A DNA stretch of 64,000 bases. Origin: Callorhinchus milii. Lineage: Eukaryota. This document shows, piece by piece, positions 49,872-62,659 of the stretch (positions within the stretch are counted from its first letter, which is position 1; each line of letters starts with the position of its first letter). Made by a program: the position numbers and the translations under genes. A model generated the notes under the pieces. It was not told the DNA's origin, did not search any database, and was given only the letters and a program-made list of their open reading frames with translations. Location: NCBI RefSeq assembly GCF_018977255.1, contig NW_024704743.1, positions 14,076,001 to 14,140,000 of the forward strand. The letters run 5' to 3'.

Positions 49872-50766
49872 CTAGACAGAACACAACAAACACTCATTAT
49901 TAACATTTCAAACACTGCTATCAACATTCAACTTTTCAAACCCCACCAAAAAAAAATTAGAGATAAAGTTGTTCTGGAGAAAGTAAGTTCATGCCACCCT
50001 AAAGTAATTGAGACCGTATGGATGATTATTAGGACAAACTGTAAAATCCAGTGATTTTTTTGGGGTGAATGTGCAATATTCACCGCTGGGAAATCACATT
50101 TCTTTTGCATCCAATACCCACATCAAACACAATAGGTCAAAGTAACTCTTCCCCAACTTTTCTCTTTCCCTGCCCCCCACCCACCCCAATAAAGCCCCTT
50201 CTCCTCAATCTCAGAAGAGCACCTTGCAGCAACAAACCAGAGCCAATGGGGGGAAAATGCAATGTTTCATAGCACATTCAATGTGATAATTACCACCGTA
50301 CTTTCAGTTCAGAGCCACTTCGCTCTCACACAATGGTTGGAACCGAAAACAGTCCCAAACCATTTGCAATTGTAATCTTGATTTCCACTAGTTGTCACTC
50401 TGTTTGTTTCTGAACTGAAAGGTGTTTCAGTGTCACTTCATGAAGAACATTGGACCACTGTACTTTACAATGGCATTTTGGATTATTATGGTGCCTGTCG
50501 CACTCTGTAATTTTGCCTGTGCATTTGCCGTTAAAGCCTCAGGAAACATCTGCGGGAAAGGGAAATTTTCTCCCCGTTGGGAAATGTACCAATTTGTCAG
50601 TGAACGCTTAAGTTTTTGGAAATTCCATGTTAGGCACACCTCAAGTCCAGTCATTTGTCCAGAAAGGAAACAAAAATTGGGGATTCCTCTTTAGCAGGGA
50701 CCAGCCTGAACTCTCAACTCAGACATTTCAGTACGAACAAGATCCGGTTCATCGTTCAATACCCAC

Positions 50767-50809
50767 CTTCTTCACAGCAAAGCTCACCCCTGAATTGTGA
50801 ATAGCATAC
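50767..50809 (-). CDS. MLH1: MLH1 exon 7 YAIHNSGVSFAVKK
   Basis: tag/gtgggt; 43 nt. Confidence 0.95.
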
Positions 50810-51266
50810 CTACAAAGAAAAGTTTATGGAACATGATGAATGAACAAATGCAACAGATATACTTTATTATTTCATAAAATATATTTCCAAGCTCCAATTG
50901 TCTCCTTTCTCTACACAGAAACAGGAGTAGGCCACTCACCCTCCAGTGCTTATTGTGCTAGCTAATTTTATATTAGCAGTTCTTTATATTTTTAATCCCA
51001 GTTCCCTGTTTTTTCTCCGTATCCCTTAATCCCTTTTGAAATGTTATGTATTGAAGCTGGTGTAATATTTCCCAGTGCTGAAATACAGTCAACCTTCAGT
51101 ATCTTGCCAAGTGGCCGACATTCTTCAATTGTGAGCGTAAATATGTTGTCTTTATACGTAAAAACAAAGGCATTCATCATTGCTGTGTAAATTGGCTGCC
51201 GCATTGGCCTACACAACACACAGACACTCCACGTTACTGCATATTCTTTGAAGTGCTTTGGGACAT

Positions 51267-52178
51267 TGTTAGAATATACACTTTTTGTATATTGCTAGAA
51301 TCATAATAGATGTTGTGAATGGGTTAACTTTTAAGTTAAGTGTGGGAGACAACTGGACTGACAGTCATGGGATAGGACACATCTGGTTTTCTCTGTTTTT
51401 GAAAGAATAACAGACAGGGGCAGGGGATCTCGACTGAGTAATAAGTCGCTAGATTCTGACAGGGCCAACCGACAGAAGGCAACCCTCAAGAATAGAAACT
51501 AATGAGCAAGTTGCTTAAACTAGAGGACCTTGGTACCATCCCGGGATCCTGATAAGAAATAACCAGTCACTTAAAAGGAATATACTAATGATCCCACACT
51601 ACAAAATAATGAGCACCAGATACAGCTCTAAACTGATCAATCCTCTATCTTAGACAATTAGATCAGATAACAGGGGTCTTAAGGACAATGTGTATGTGCG
51701 CTGAGGCACGTACACCCCATGAGGTGCTCACGTGAACCCAGCATGATTTTGACAGGTGATCTAAGGTCCGCACCATGATTGGACGAACATCGGTATAAGA
51801 GTTCCCATAACTTTGTGTACGGGGCCGTCCCGGGTCGCGGAGACAAGGGTACGGGAGATGGGGCCATCCCGGGTCGCGGAGACAAGGGTACGGGAGATGG
51901 AAGACTGAGAGCTAGAAACACTAAGACTGAGGATATCAGATGGAAGATTGAAAGCTGTAAGCAAGAAGACTGAAAGCATGAAGAATCAAACTTGTGTGTT
52001 GTAAAGACACAGTGTTGCACTCGAGATATCTACTGTGGTATTATTCTGTTATAAGATCTGTTGATTGTACCGGCCTTTGGTCTGACCCATCGGGATATTG
52101 GGGAATAACGAACGAATAATAATTAAACAGTCAGATATCTGGTTGCAAACGGATTATGGCTGATTTTATTTTCCAACA
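51267..52178 (+). mobile_element. Solo LTR (ERV1- or Gypsy-like), 912 bp
   Basis: TGTTAGAA...TTCCAACA termini, ACAT TSD, GATTGG 51777, TATAA 51794, ATTAAA 52122, 39-bp tandem duplication 51821-51898. Confidence 0.85.
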
Positions 52179-52361
52179 ACATCCCCAGACATGAAAGTCC
52201 CTATACCAAATGTATGGATTATTGTAAATCTCAAAACTCTCAACAAAAAAAGTGAGGTTTGCAAGGATATTGATGGGGGAGGGAGGGAGGCATATTACAC
52301 CAACTCTAAATCTGTCTTTAGCTGCTATCCATCCACATGTATCTTCCAGCAGGATCACTGC

Positions 52362-53715
52362 ATAGCTTCACAACCCCCACCTCCCCAGCCCAGGTCACTG
52401 GGCTATTTGTAATACTTCAAGCTACTGACCTGGCTGAGATCAAGTAAAGGACCAAGCTGGTTATAATTTGAGGCTGTATGATTTAGTTTTACATTAAAGA
52501 TGCGTTTTAAAAAATACAGCACAGGATGTATTAATGTGGAATTTTCACGTCTACCTATCTCGCCGCATAATGGTCCGTCCGGTAACAACAACTTGTATTT
52601 ACTGTATATAGCTCAGTTCACCTGGGGTAGCATCTTGGAGCTTAGTGCAAGCACTACTTGCTAAATACAAACTCCCAGGTTGAAGTTCTTTGTCCTGCAA
52701 AAATGTACAGGGCATTTAACATTAAATTCGGATCTGATCTGGACGTGTAGATCAAGTTATAAATAAACACTTGAACTCTTGAATTAGCCGTCTTGAAAAA
52801 TAACGGGTTCCCCTCAATTTCCTCTTTCGGAAAGATATCAAAAGATATAAGAAAGATATAGATAAACAAATAAAGAGCAGGAGACAAATTATAATAACAA
52901 TCCTTGCAAGTTATATAGTGCCTGTTTACTTGGGACATTCCTGTTATCCTACCTACCTGCTCATAACCTCTACAATTTTAGCATATTCCTCACTGGGATT
53001 CTTCAGAGCTTTCCTTCGTGTGTTAATGTTGTAGAAGAGATCCTCCACCTGCAAACACAAAGCAGCATTTTGTGCCTCTGAGCGTTGTGAAGATGAGGAA
53101 CTTTCTACCCCGGAAAGAACAGACACGGAATCAATAGGGATGTTTAAAAGATAATTAAACAAGTTGAGCGGTAGAACTATTAAGGGGTAGAGTGAGATGG
53201 TGGGGCACTAGGATTAAAAGATCTGCCAAGATCTAATAGAACAGTAGAAAAGGCTCGATATGCAGGATGGGCTAAAGATCCCATGTCACTATTCTAAAAG
53301 AGAAGGGAGTTTCTCTCTCCCAGTTCCTGGCCAACAAGCCCCAAAATAAAATTAGGCACTCACTCCATGGCTATTTTTGGGACACCATTGTGTGCAATTG
53401 GCTGCCGTGTTTCGCCTACAAAATACAGTCAATCCACTTTACAATATATCCTATGAAACGCTTTGAGACGACTCAATTACGTGACAAGGAACTATATCAA
53501 CTGCAAGGATTATTATTATTAAGGATCTGTTATTTCAGGCTGTGACACCACAGTCTGCTGTGTTTTTTGAAACGCATCTTTAATGTAAAACTAGATCATT
53601 CAGCCTCAAATTATAACCAGGTTGGTCCTTTACTTGATCTCAGCCAGGTCAGTAGTTTGAAGTATTACAAATAGCCCAGTGACCTAGGCTGGGGAGGCAG
53701 GGGTTGTGAAGCTAT
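52362..53715. repeat. 160-bp inverted repeat pair (52362-52521 / 53556-53715) flanking MLH1 exon 6
   Basis: 151/160 identical, ungapped, by hand reverse-complement alignment. Confidence 0.95.
52957..53048 (-). CDS. MLH1: MLH1 exon 6 [30 protein letters not shown]
   Basis: cag/gtaggt; 92 nt. Confidence 0.97.
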
Positions 53716-54111
53716 TAGCTATGCGCTATTCTTGGGCATCTCAGAAACCGAATCTGGCTCTCCACCAACAGGCCACAATGACATTTATTTTTTTGTTTAC
53801 TGACCAGACCCTAGGCCATGGGCCAAATTCGACACACAGCGTTTGGTGGTCATCTCTGGAAATGATTAAAAACAAAGGAAAAATAACTTAAATTTTGATG
53901 TGAATTCCTTGGTTTAAAACAGGGGATTTGTGTGTGAGTTGGGAACAATAATACATAAAAGTTTCACTCCATTTTTAGTGGTATTTCTTAAGTGACTGGA
54001 AGCACCCACATCACCCCGACTCATGAAAACTCTGCTCTGAAAATGGATTGAACTAAAGCTGTTTGAAAATAGATTGAGCTGGAGTCTGTAATTTATACAG
54101 TGGAACCCATA

Positions 54112-54515
54112 ATCATCATTATCTTTTCATTGGTATAGTGCCTTTCACGTTGCGAGGATGTCTCAAAGCTCTTCACAGGATTTACTGTGAAGTGACTGTA
54201 TATTTGTGGGCAAACGCAGCAGCTACTTTGTGGACAGTAATGTTCCAGCTATGAAGTGAATGCCCAATTTTATTTGGGAGACTGCTGGCCGGGACACTGG
54301 GAGAAACTTCTTTTTTTTGTACAGTGCTGTGGGATCTTTAACAACCACCTGAACCTGAGCCTCAGGTTAACGTCTCATTTTAAGAACAGCATCTCCAACA
54401 ATGCAACATATTCTAGCACTGCACTGGAGTGTCAGATTAAACTATGTGAGTTCAAGTCCTGACGTGGGCTTAAACCCACAAACTTTTGACTCAGAGGTGA
54501 GCGCCAGGCTGACAG
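54112..54515 (-). mobile_element. Deu-domain-type SINE, family B
   Basis: Reverse-complement head (TGACTCAGAGGTGAG), core GGGATCTTTAA...GGTTAACGTCTCAT, tail. Confidence 0.78.
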
Positions 54516-55056
54516 AAGCTAAAAAAGCATCTCTATGAGGTTAGCTTATTGTGTAGCCTTGGGACTGGACGCTCATATAAAATTATCCCAAATATTCATC
54601 GTTACTTCCTTGTACACTTGCAAAATGACAAAATATCTCCCTTGCATCTCGAGCTCTTGCTCAATCTTTGTAATGAGCTTTGAGACATTCTCTCTATGTG
54701 AAAGGCACTCCAATTATTGTTATTTCTGGAATGCAAATAAAATAATAGTCCTGACATTTGAGATAGTGCCTTATCTCATTGTTGAGATGTCTCAAAGCCT
54801 TTCAAAGAATTTACTATACAGTGTGTGATTGGTAGATGAACACGCTTTGTCTTTGAACTGGTCTTTAGGTGTTACTGAAATCATTTCCTATACATTGTTT
54901 TTGCACAGCAGAGCTGATGACTGGGAAGGGCACATTTCTTTAGACTTTGTATATAACACGGTTGAATGCTTTGGATCCCATCCAAAGTGGATAGTTTCCC
55001 AAAGACTGCGCATCCTTTACAGTAAAGATATAACTGGGAAGATAAAGTTTCCTTAC

Positions 55057-55129
55057 TGCGATCTGTGTGCCTTGGTTTCCAGCACATGGTTTTGGAGGAG
55101 CCTTTAATTGTCCATCACAGTAACTAGCC
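55057..55129 (-). CDS. MLH1: MLH1 exon 5 [24 protein letters not shown]
   Basis: cag/gtaagg; 73 nt; GHKL GT motif. Confidence 0.97.
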
Positions 55130-55962
55130 CTGAGCAACAAAGAAAAAAATATATTAACACAAAATTTGGCTTGGCAAGCGAGCAAACTGGTATCCGAGTC
55201 CCTCTTCACTCCCCAAGAATGCAGTCTCTATACTGTCCAATGCGGAGGACTGAAACATAAATTTTAACAGAAACTGCAGGTGCCATTTCCGACAATGAAA
55301 AGCTATGAAATAAAAGAATGCTAAATTTTGATAATTTGACAGAGAAACTTTAGCAGTGAGTAGGAAAAATGATAAGTATGGTGTGCCAACATATATAAAA
55401 ATAAATAATCAGCCTGATTATAAAGCTGTTGGTGGGTCCAATATTCCCATGGCCACGTAACAAACAAAGTGGGGAAAAAGTGGTTTCCTTCGAGCCATCA
55501 GATATGAGCTGACGTCACTTCCTGTGTATATACAGCCATCAGCAGTGACCCGAAGACCCAGAAGTCAGCCACATTTTGGAGTGGGAAGCGGGTTAATCTG
55601 TGTCAGATAGCAGGTGTACCTCACTTCTGGTTAGGACGAGTTCCCAGGCCACTATGCTAGAAACAAACCCACGCTATAATAGGGGGTGCGGAGGGGAGAA
55701 AAGGGGGTTATAATGGATTTGCCCTACATTCTTATTTGCAGTGCTCTGCATGATGTTCTGTCAATGTTACAGGTGAAAAGTATATTGAGAGGGCCTTAGC
55801 AGGTTCTTAGCAACTCGTTTCAACTTTGAAACCCGCTATCTTCTTGTACAGGGAGCACAAAGGAATTTTATACCCTTACCACCAAAAACAAAAGGCAGAA
55901 ATGAGAGGTAAACAGATGAAATTGAAAGAAATTGTGTGCATGTCATTCATAAAGCCTCTTAC

Positions 55963-56036
55963 CTGTATGCACATTTTCCATCAGCAGTTTTGGTTGTTAA
56001 GGTTAAGTGTGCCACGTGGCTTATGCTTGCAAGAGC
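55963..56036 (-). CDS. MLH1: MLH1 exon 4 [24 protein letters not shown]
   Basis: cag/gtaaga; 74 nt. Confidence 0.97.
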
Positions 56037-56224
56037 CTGTGAATAAGGAAGTAGAGTACATTAATAAAGCCGCTCAGGATTTCACTACACCCCTGAGCCA
56101 ACCAGTTAATGTCACATTATTATCACAGCTCAAAGGAAATTTTCAGAAAAATCAACAACATAAATTATTAAGTCATTAACAGTGGTAGTCTGCATCAGTT
56201 CAAGAATTTCTGTCTGTCAGAATA

Positions 56225-56912
56225 ATCTACAACTGTTCCGAGGCAGAGGAATGTGACCATAAGAATGGTCGAAGAAGAAGGTCTTTAGACGCGACCTGAA
56301 GATGGGGAGGTAGGGGGTAAGGCGGAGGGATTGAGGGAGTGTTCCAGAGTTTCGGGGCGTAGTGGCTGAAAGCATGAACTCCGATGGTGGAATGGAGGGC
56401 ACGAGGGACAAACAGGAGGCCAGAGCCAGTCGAGGGGAGGCAACAGGTATTGATACATTCCTTGGTTCCATTATTGCACCAGCCCTGCTGTTTGAAATTT
56501 GCCTTTAGATTTGAGTTCAGCCAAGAGCAAAGCAGAGCAATGTCAAGTCTAACAGTAGGAGAGGAACAAAACCTGTTGCCTCCAGCCTAAAGTTGGAATG
56601 GACCCAGAAAGAAAAGAAGAAAACTCCTGCAACTGAAAATTCTGTTCTCCGGATTGGTAATTATAAATTCAGCCTCTCTGCCCCCACCATTTGAAACTCC
56701 ATCCCAGGTCCTTCGCCTCGCTCACTCCCTTGCCTCCTTCAAGGACCGTCTTAAGACCCTCCTCTTCGACCTTCGGTCAACCTCTTACCCTTACCCTCCC
56801 CGGCCTCCACCGTTCTGATCCCAACCACCAGCTCAGGTCCAAATCTCTGACTGTCCAGCGCCTTGAGACTTCCTCCCGACGTGAAATGCGCTATACAAAT
56901 GTAATTTGTTGT
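56225..56912. mobile_element. Two oppositely oriented L2 3' fragments (56225-56440 -, 56670-56912 +)
   Basis: FRSRLKTFFFD remnant on -, and CCTTCAAGGACCGTCTTAAGACCCTCCTCTTCGAC with tail on +. Confidence 0.75.
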
Positions 56913-57374
56913 TCTATACCTTTCTGTATCGTGCAAACTGCCATATAAAAGTTTTGAAAGTTAATTTTAACTGTCTCGATGTGAGCTCGATTTTCTTGGG
57001 AGACCTGAACCACACAAAGGCTCAAAAATTTCCGAGTCAACGATTCGATTTAAATTAAATACACAATTGTCCTATTGCAGTCAGCACCGCCAAGCCTGAC
57101 AAATAACATGATTCAGCGATGGCCTTCAATGGCTATGTCTGTTTTGTAAGCATTACCTCAGTGATACATTCAAAAAACATCGAACCAGAAAAAGATTTGT
57201 TTAACAAAACAAAGTTAAATAATGTAGCTAAAAACATACAACACAGGAACAATAGCAAAAAGCATTGAAATACCCTTAGGAGAGAAAGTCCCATTTTAGA
57301 AGAATTCACAGGTTTTGAAGTTCTTGCTGGGGTTTGCAAACCCAAAGTGATTCTCTTTTGACACATCAACCCCA

Positions 57375-57765
57375 CCTTCGGCAGGCTCCACTGCTTCTCT
57401 ATATCCCAGTGCACTGACTTACAGATCCTCATTCCGACTTTGAAATGCCTTTACCCCCTGTGCCTAACCCTACTTCTGCGATCTCCGGTGGTTTTACTCC
57501 TCTGCCCAACCTCTCCGCTAAATCTGCTACGTGTCCCCCGTTCCCCCCTCCACCCTGCCATTGGTGGGCAGCTCTCAGCCTCCTTCCTCCTGTTTTCTGG
57601 AACTCTCTTTCTCTTTCAATATCCTTTGAAAATCCTACTTTAACTGGCCCTTTGGTCGTCTGCCTCCTACTCCCACTATCTCCAACCTGCTTGGGCTCAA
57701 ACACCATTCCTATAAAGCGCTTTATAGAGGCATTACCTATATATAAGGTCCTACGTATGTGCAAA
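57375..57765 (+). mobile_element. Older L2 3' fragment
   Basis: GGCTCCACTG...CTGGAACTC remnants and decayed tail. Confidence 0.7.
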
Positions 57766-57784
57766 TACAGTGGAACCCAGTCAC

Positions 57785-58762
57785 AATATAATACAAAATT
57801 ACATTTGTATAGCACCTTTCCCATCGAGAGGACATCCCGAGGCACTGGACAATCAGGGATTTGGACCTGAGCTGGGGGTCGGGAAGAGTAGACGGCAGGA
57901 GGGTAGGAGGGTGGCCAAAGGCTCAGTCGAAAAGGAGGGATTTGCGACGCGTCTTGAAGGAAGCATGGGAGGGAGTGGGGCAAAGGGAATGTGGGATGGA
58001 GATCTAGAGGGCAGGGGCAGAGAGGCTGAAGGCCCAACCGCCAATGGTGGTTGGACCTGATTGGTCCCAAGGCGCCAATCAGCGCCTTGGCACGTCCTCC
58101 CGATGTGAAAGGCGCTATACAAATGTAATCTTATTGTTGTTGTTGGTGGTGGTGTTGGGGCAGGCTGGGTGGGGGACGTGGAGGAGCCCAGAGCCTGCTG
58201 AACGGAGAGAGTGGACAGATTGATATGGAGTCAGCAGGTCGCAGAGGTAGGGAGGGGGCAAGGCCGTGGAGGGCCTTGAAGGTGAGGACAAGGATTCTGA
58301 ACTCTATCCTCTGGGGGACAGGGAGCCAGTGGATTCGGGCGAGGATGATGGGGTCACTGGGCCTGGTGCAGGAGAGGACACCAGCTGCAGAGTTTTGGAT
58401 GATCTTCAGCTTGTGGAGGGAAGAGTTAGGAAGGCCAACAAGCAAGGAATTGGCGTAGTTGAGCCTAAATGTGATGAATGTATGAATGAGGGTTTTGGCG
58501 GCCTGAGGGGTGAAGCAGTGGTGGAGTCGGGCAATGTTGTGGAGGTGGGGGAAGGTAGAGTGGGTCATGGCATGGATGTGGGGTAGAAAGGGTAGTTGAG
58601 GGTCAAAGAAGACACCAAGGTTCCGGACCGGCTCAGTGAGGTGGAGTGTACAACTATGGATGGTGATACTGTCAGTGCCTGAGGTGTGGAGGTGCTGACC
58701 GGAGCCAATCAGGAGAGCCTCGGTCTTGTTGATGTTCAACTGTAGAAAGTTAGCTCTCATCA
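57785..58762 (-). mobile_element. L2-clade LINE fragment interrupted by an inverted mini-tail at about 58057-58150
   Basis: ORF 58131-58790 MRANFLQLN...IHWLPVPQRIEFRIL; 3' part continues at 57785-58050. Confidence 0.92.
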
Positions 58763-59288
58763 AGTGAGACAATGGATCTCTATAACACACTGTTGTCTAC
58801 AGCCTACAGATAGTGGTGGAGGACAAGAGCTATGCCGGTCTATCATGCAACTTCACTGTCAACCCTTTCAATTTTATTTCTGTGAGACCCAGTCAGGTTA
58901 AGGCTGCTCCGGGTTTCTATGTATTTGCTGTATTCCAGGTGTCATTGCAATGGATATGAGACGATGTCTATATAGACTGGAATGGAGTTAAAACATTAGA
59001 ACCCATTAGAACATTTTTAAATAATAAACTCTTTCCACATACTTAAGCTCCTGCCTGCCTCATCTCTACATTTCAGTTCACACCCCCAGCTCGGTTGCCA
59101 TCCCAATGCGCTGTTAAGTGCATTGGGGTGTCCTCCTGACATGAAAGGTGCTATATAAATGTAACTTTGCATTGTATTGTATTTCTGAAGGTGCTGGACA
59201 TTTTGAATTTCTTATTCTGCTACATTCATTCAGTAATACGATCACAAGAATGTACGTATATGTATAGGTAGCTGACGTCCACACATAC

Positions 59289-59387
59289 CTCTCCTCTAAA
59301 TCCATAAGTCGCAATTGTAGTAAGATCTTCAAACTTCTGTAGCTTGCTGGTGGTAAACCTCTCACAAACTATTTCCAAATCTTCCTT
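59289..59387 (-). CDS. MLH1: MLH1 exon 3 [33 protein letters not shown]
   Basis: cag/gtatgt; 99 nt; MutL signature GFRGE(AL). Confidence 0.98.
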
Positions 59388-60663
59388 CTGTTTGTTAATA
59401 ACAAGATAAGTTAACAGAATTAATAGAGAATTTGATGTTTGAAAAATTATTCAATAACTTCTAATTTCAAACAATTATAGATGGGTTAGTGAGAAGCTCT
59501 CCTGTGAATTTAGTAAAAACTCAAGCTTCCTAATCACCTCAGAAGGAACCTGATAGAAGTATGTAAGGATTAAATGGGATAGAGGCAGAAAGCCCAGAAC
59601 AGGACTTTCAAATAGAACAACGCAGGATAAGAGGTTCATTGGTTGTGAAGGGAAATTGTAACACAGACATCAGGGAGTATTTTCATACTTGGCTGACTGA
59701 TATTGCATATAAAGTGAAAACAATTATACGAAACACTGCTGTGGAATGAAATGTAGCACAGAAAACAGGAAAAGTAAAGCTGGAGGGTGAGGGAAGAAGG
59801 TACAGAAGATGATAATCGTACAAAATTACATAGAATAGCAAGGCTAGATTATTAGTATCTTCTCTTTTGGTGATTTTTTTCCTTCTCATTAGGATGAGGG
59901 ATCTTAGCAATTCAAAATGCCATTTCAGACACCCATGTAAACATCAGACACTCCCAGGTCAGGTACAATACAGTAGAGTACAGAGCCAAGCTTCCTTTGT
60001 TTTGTTACCTCAACGTGCCTGAACCCTTAATGTCCTTGAACTTTGATTTCATAAAAGCACTCCCCAATGTCTTCCATTTTGCACACCAGCCATCCTGTGA
60101 CCTTTCAATGAGGTGGACAGTTGCTGCTGAATTGGAGACAATGTTCTACTGTGAGCCTATGCTCATCAGGAGTTGGAGTGAGAGTTTACAAATTTATTTC
60201 ACAAAGGACCTTACTGACATTCATCCCTTCACTCCTGACTGGATTCAATCTCCAGTCCTGGAGATGGAAGGCTTGTCTGGTAATCCAGTACTGTATAGTA
60301 CCCAGCAACCCAATAATTCCTTTAAAAAATTGGTCACTCAATCCAAGTCTGTTTGTTGGACACTGCTATGCTCAATTGGCTGCTGTGGTTCACCCACAAA
60401 ATACACAGTCAATTCACTTTACAGTATATTCTGTGAATATGGGATGTCTCGAAGACGTGATAAGGAACTATATCAAATGCAAAGATTATTATTATTACGA
60501 TAACATTTACAAATATTTAAGGGAATGAAAGCACTTGAGAAAATAAATTGTGAAAAAACTCCTTCCGTTGGTAGGAAATTGAAGAACAATGGTGAATGAA
60601 TTCACGATTATGACTGTAATAATATGGGTCTTCAATGTGTGCATTCTCATCAGTGTACAGTCA

Positions 60664-60837
<174 letters not shown>

Positions 60838-61534
60838 TCAGCATTTCAAGGTAATTATACAGTAAAAACAAGATGAAATTAATTTCACAGAACTGGATTG
60901 AGTTATATCAAATATATAGTATAGTGGAAGATATAGGGTACAACCCTAGCTTTGCTTCAATCCATGAAACACTCATCTTCTGGTTGAAGTTGAAGATACA
61001 ATGGTGATCTTGGCTTCTTGAAAAGGGAGTTTCCTGGCCAACGATCCTCCAGATAAAACTGGTCATTCATTTCATGATTGTTTGTGGGACATTGCTGTGC
61101 GCAACTGGGCTTCTATGTTTGCTTACAAATATGCAGTTACTTCACTTTACAGTAAATCATGTGAAGCTCTTTGGGACATTTTCCTAACTTGAAAAGGCTC
61201 AACATCAAATGCAAGGATTATGATTATTCAAGCTCTATTCTCCCATCCTTGCCTCTAACTATTGCTGCCAAATAAAAGTTAATTGTATTGTAATGATCCT
61301 TATTTGCCTTCCTCGCTACAGCTTATCACCTCTGTGAAGTGCTTCAAGACATTCATCCTACCTGTTAGCCTGTTAGCTGCTCTATAAGTGCAAAGTTATT
61401 AGAGAACTCAATATCAGTGAGTTACTGATATTGTTTCACCACTTCTAAAATAACAGGCACAAGACACAAGTAAGGTACCAGAAGCTCTATTCCTCAGTCA
61501 ATAATGAGCTTTTTTATGCACATAAGAAGCTTTA

Positions 61535-61910
61535 CACGCCTTATCACGTCATTGAAACATCTCAAAGCACTTCATGCGATTTTACTGTAAAGCGCAGGAT
61601 GAACTCTAAGGGATTGTTGGCCCGGTCACCATGAGAAGCTTCCCCCTCTTTCCGTGGTATCATTAATACCCACATAAACAGGCAGATGGGACCTTGAAGG
61701 CTGGCACCTCCAGCAATGTGACGCTTCCTCAGCACCACACGAGTGTCAGTCTAGGTGGTGAGTTCAAAGTTGACATATGGTGCTTGGAAGTCATTATCTT
61801 CTGACTCTGGGTTGCTACCTTGTGTGAGGGGCACTATATAAAGACAAGTTGTTGTTGTTGTTGTTGACTCAGAGGCCAGAGTGCTTCCAACTGAGCAAAG
61901 CTGACACCTA
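61535..61910 (-). mobile_element. Deu-domain-type SINE with a 57-bp LINE-tail insertion (61808-61864)
   Basis: Reverse-complement family-B head and tail; TGACTC duplicated at 61802 and 61865. Confidence 0.72.
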
Positions 61911-62659
61911 AACATGCATTTGTGAGATTAAACAGTAATTTAAACATGCAGCCACTCAAAATGAAATGACTTTTAAGACAGAATTAGCTATGCACAATAA
62001 GTCTAATTCAGTAAACACTGTTTCACTGCCACAGACTATGAAAGACAAGGACAAGAAGAAAATGCAGAATACAGAAAAAGTCACACGTTAGTCCCACCTG
62101 TGTGCTGTCAAGGACTTTCTCATAATTTGAGCAAATTCTACATTTTACATTTTCCTTACTGGGTATTCCATCATTATAAATACATTGTATAAACAAAATA
62201 AAATGAGCAATAATCTATCTATAAAGATTATACACACAGAGACCATTTAAATATAATCAGGATATGTTCACCTGCTTCCTGGCTTTCTAGAAAAGTAGCC
62301 ATTACCTTCACAATCCCCTTAATGAGGATGAAGATTTAAAGTCACAGTTTGCTCCAGTGCAGCATGGAACACAGTATAGGATGAAGCACTTTGGGATCGC
62401 TGGGTTCTCAAACAAATATGAGACTGAACCAGTCCAATTTATTTAGACCTGATAAGACTTCATACAGGAGAAACTTAATACAATCATTTAAACTGCATTA
62501 GCTAATAGTACAGAACAAAAAGACAAATAACACATGCATGTTCTGGTGGCTGCCGGAGATTGGTCTGTCAATTCTGGTTTTCAGCTCAAGTGCAGACTCT
62601 TTAGCCCTTTTATACGTGACTTATTTATCATAGTGTGGATGGCTCTTATGTATGTACTA

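Noticed and set aside
51821..51898. 39-bp direct repeats and other tandem units as CRISPR-like arrays
   Set aside because: No spacers, eukaryotic context; a simple tandem duplication within an LTR.
52362..53715. Inverted repeat as the TIRs of a transposon that captured exon 6
   Set aside because: Exon 6 is the native in-frame exon in its correct position, and no clear TSD flanks the arms.
61409..61433. Perfect 10-bp hairpin CAATATCAGT/ACTGATATTG (similar 9-bp stem near 14216-14251)
   Set aside because: Too short for a pre-miRNA; plausible by chance or as a repair scar.
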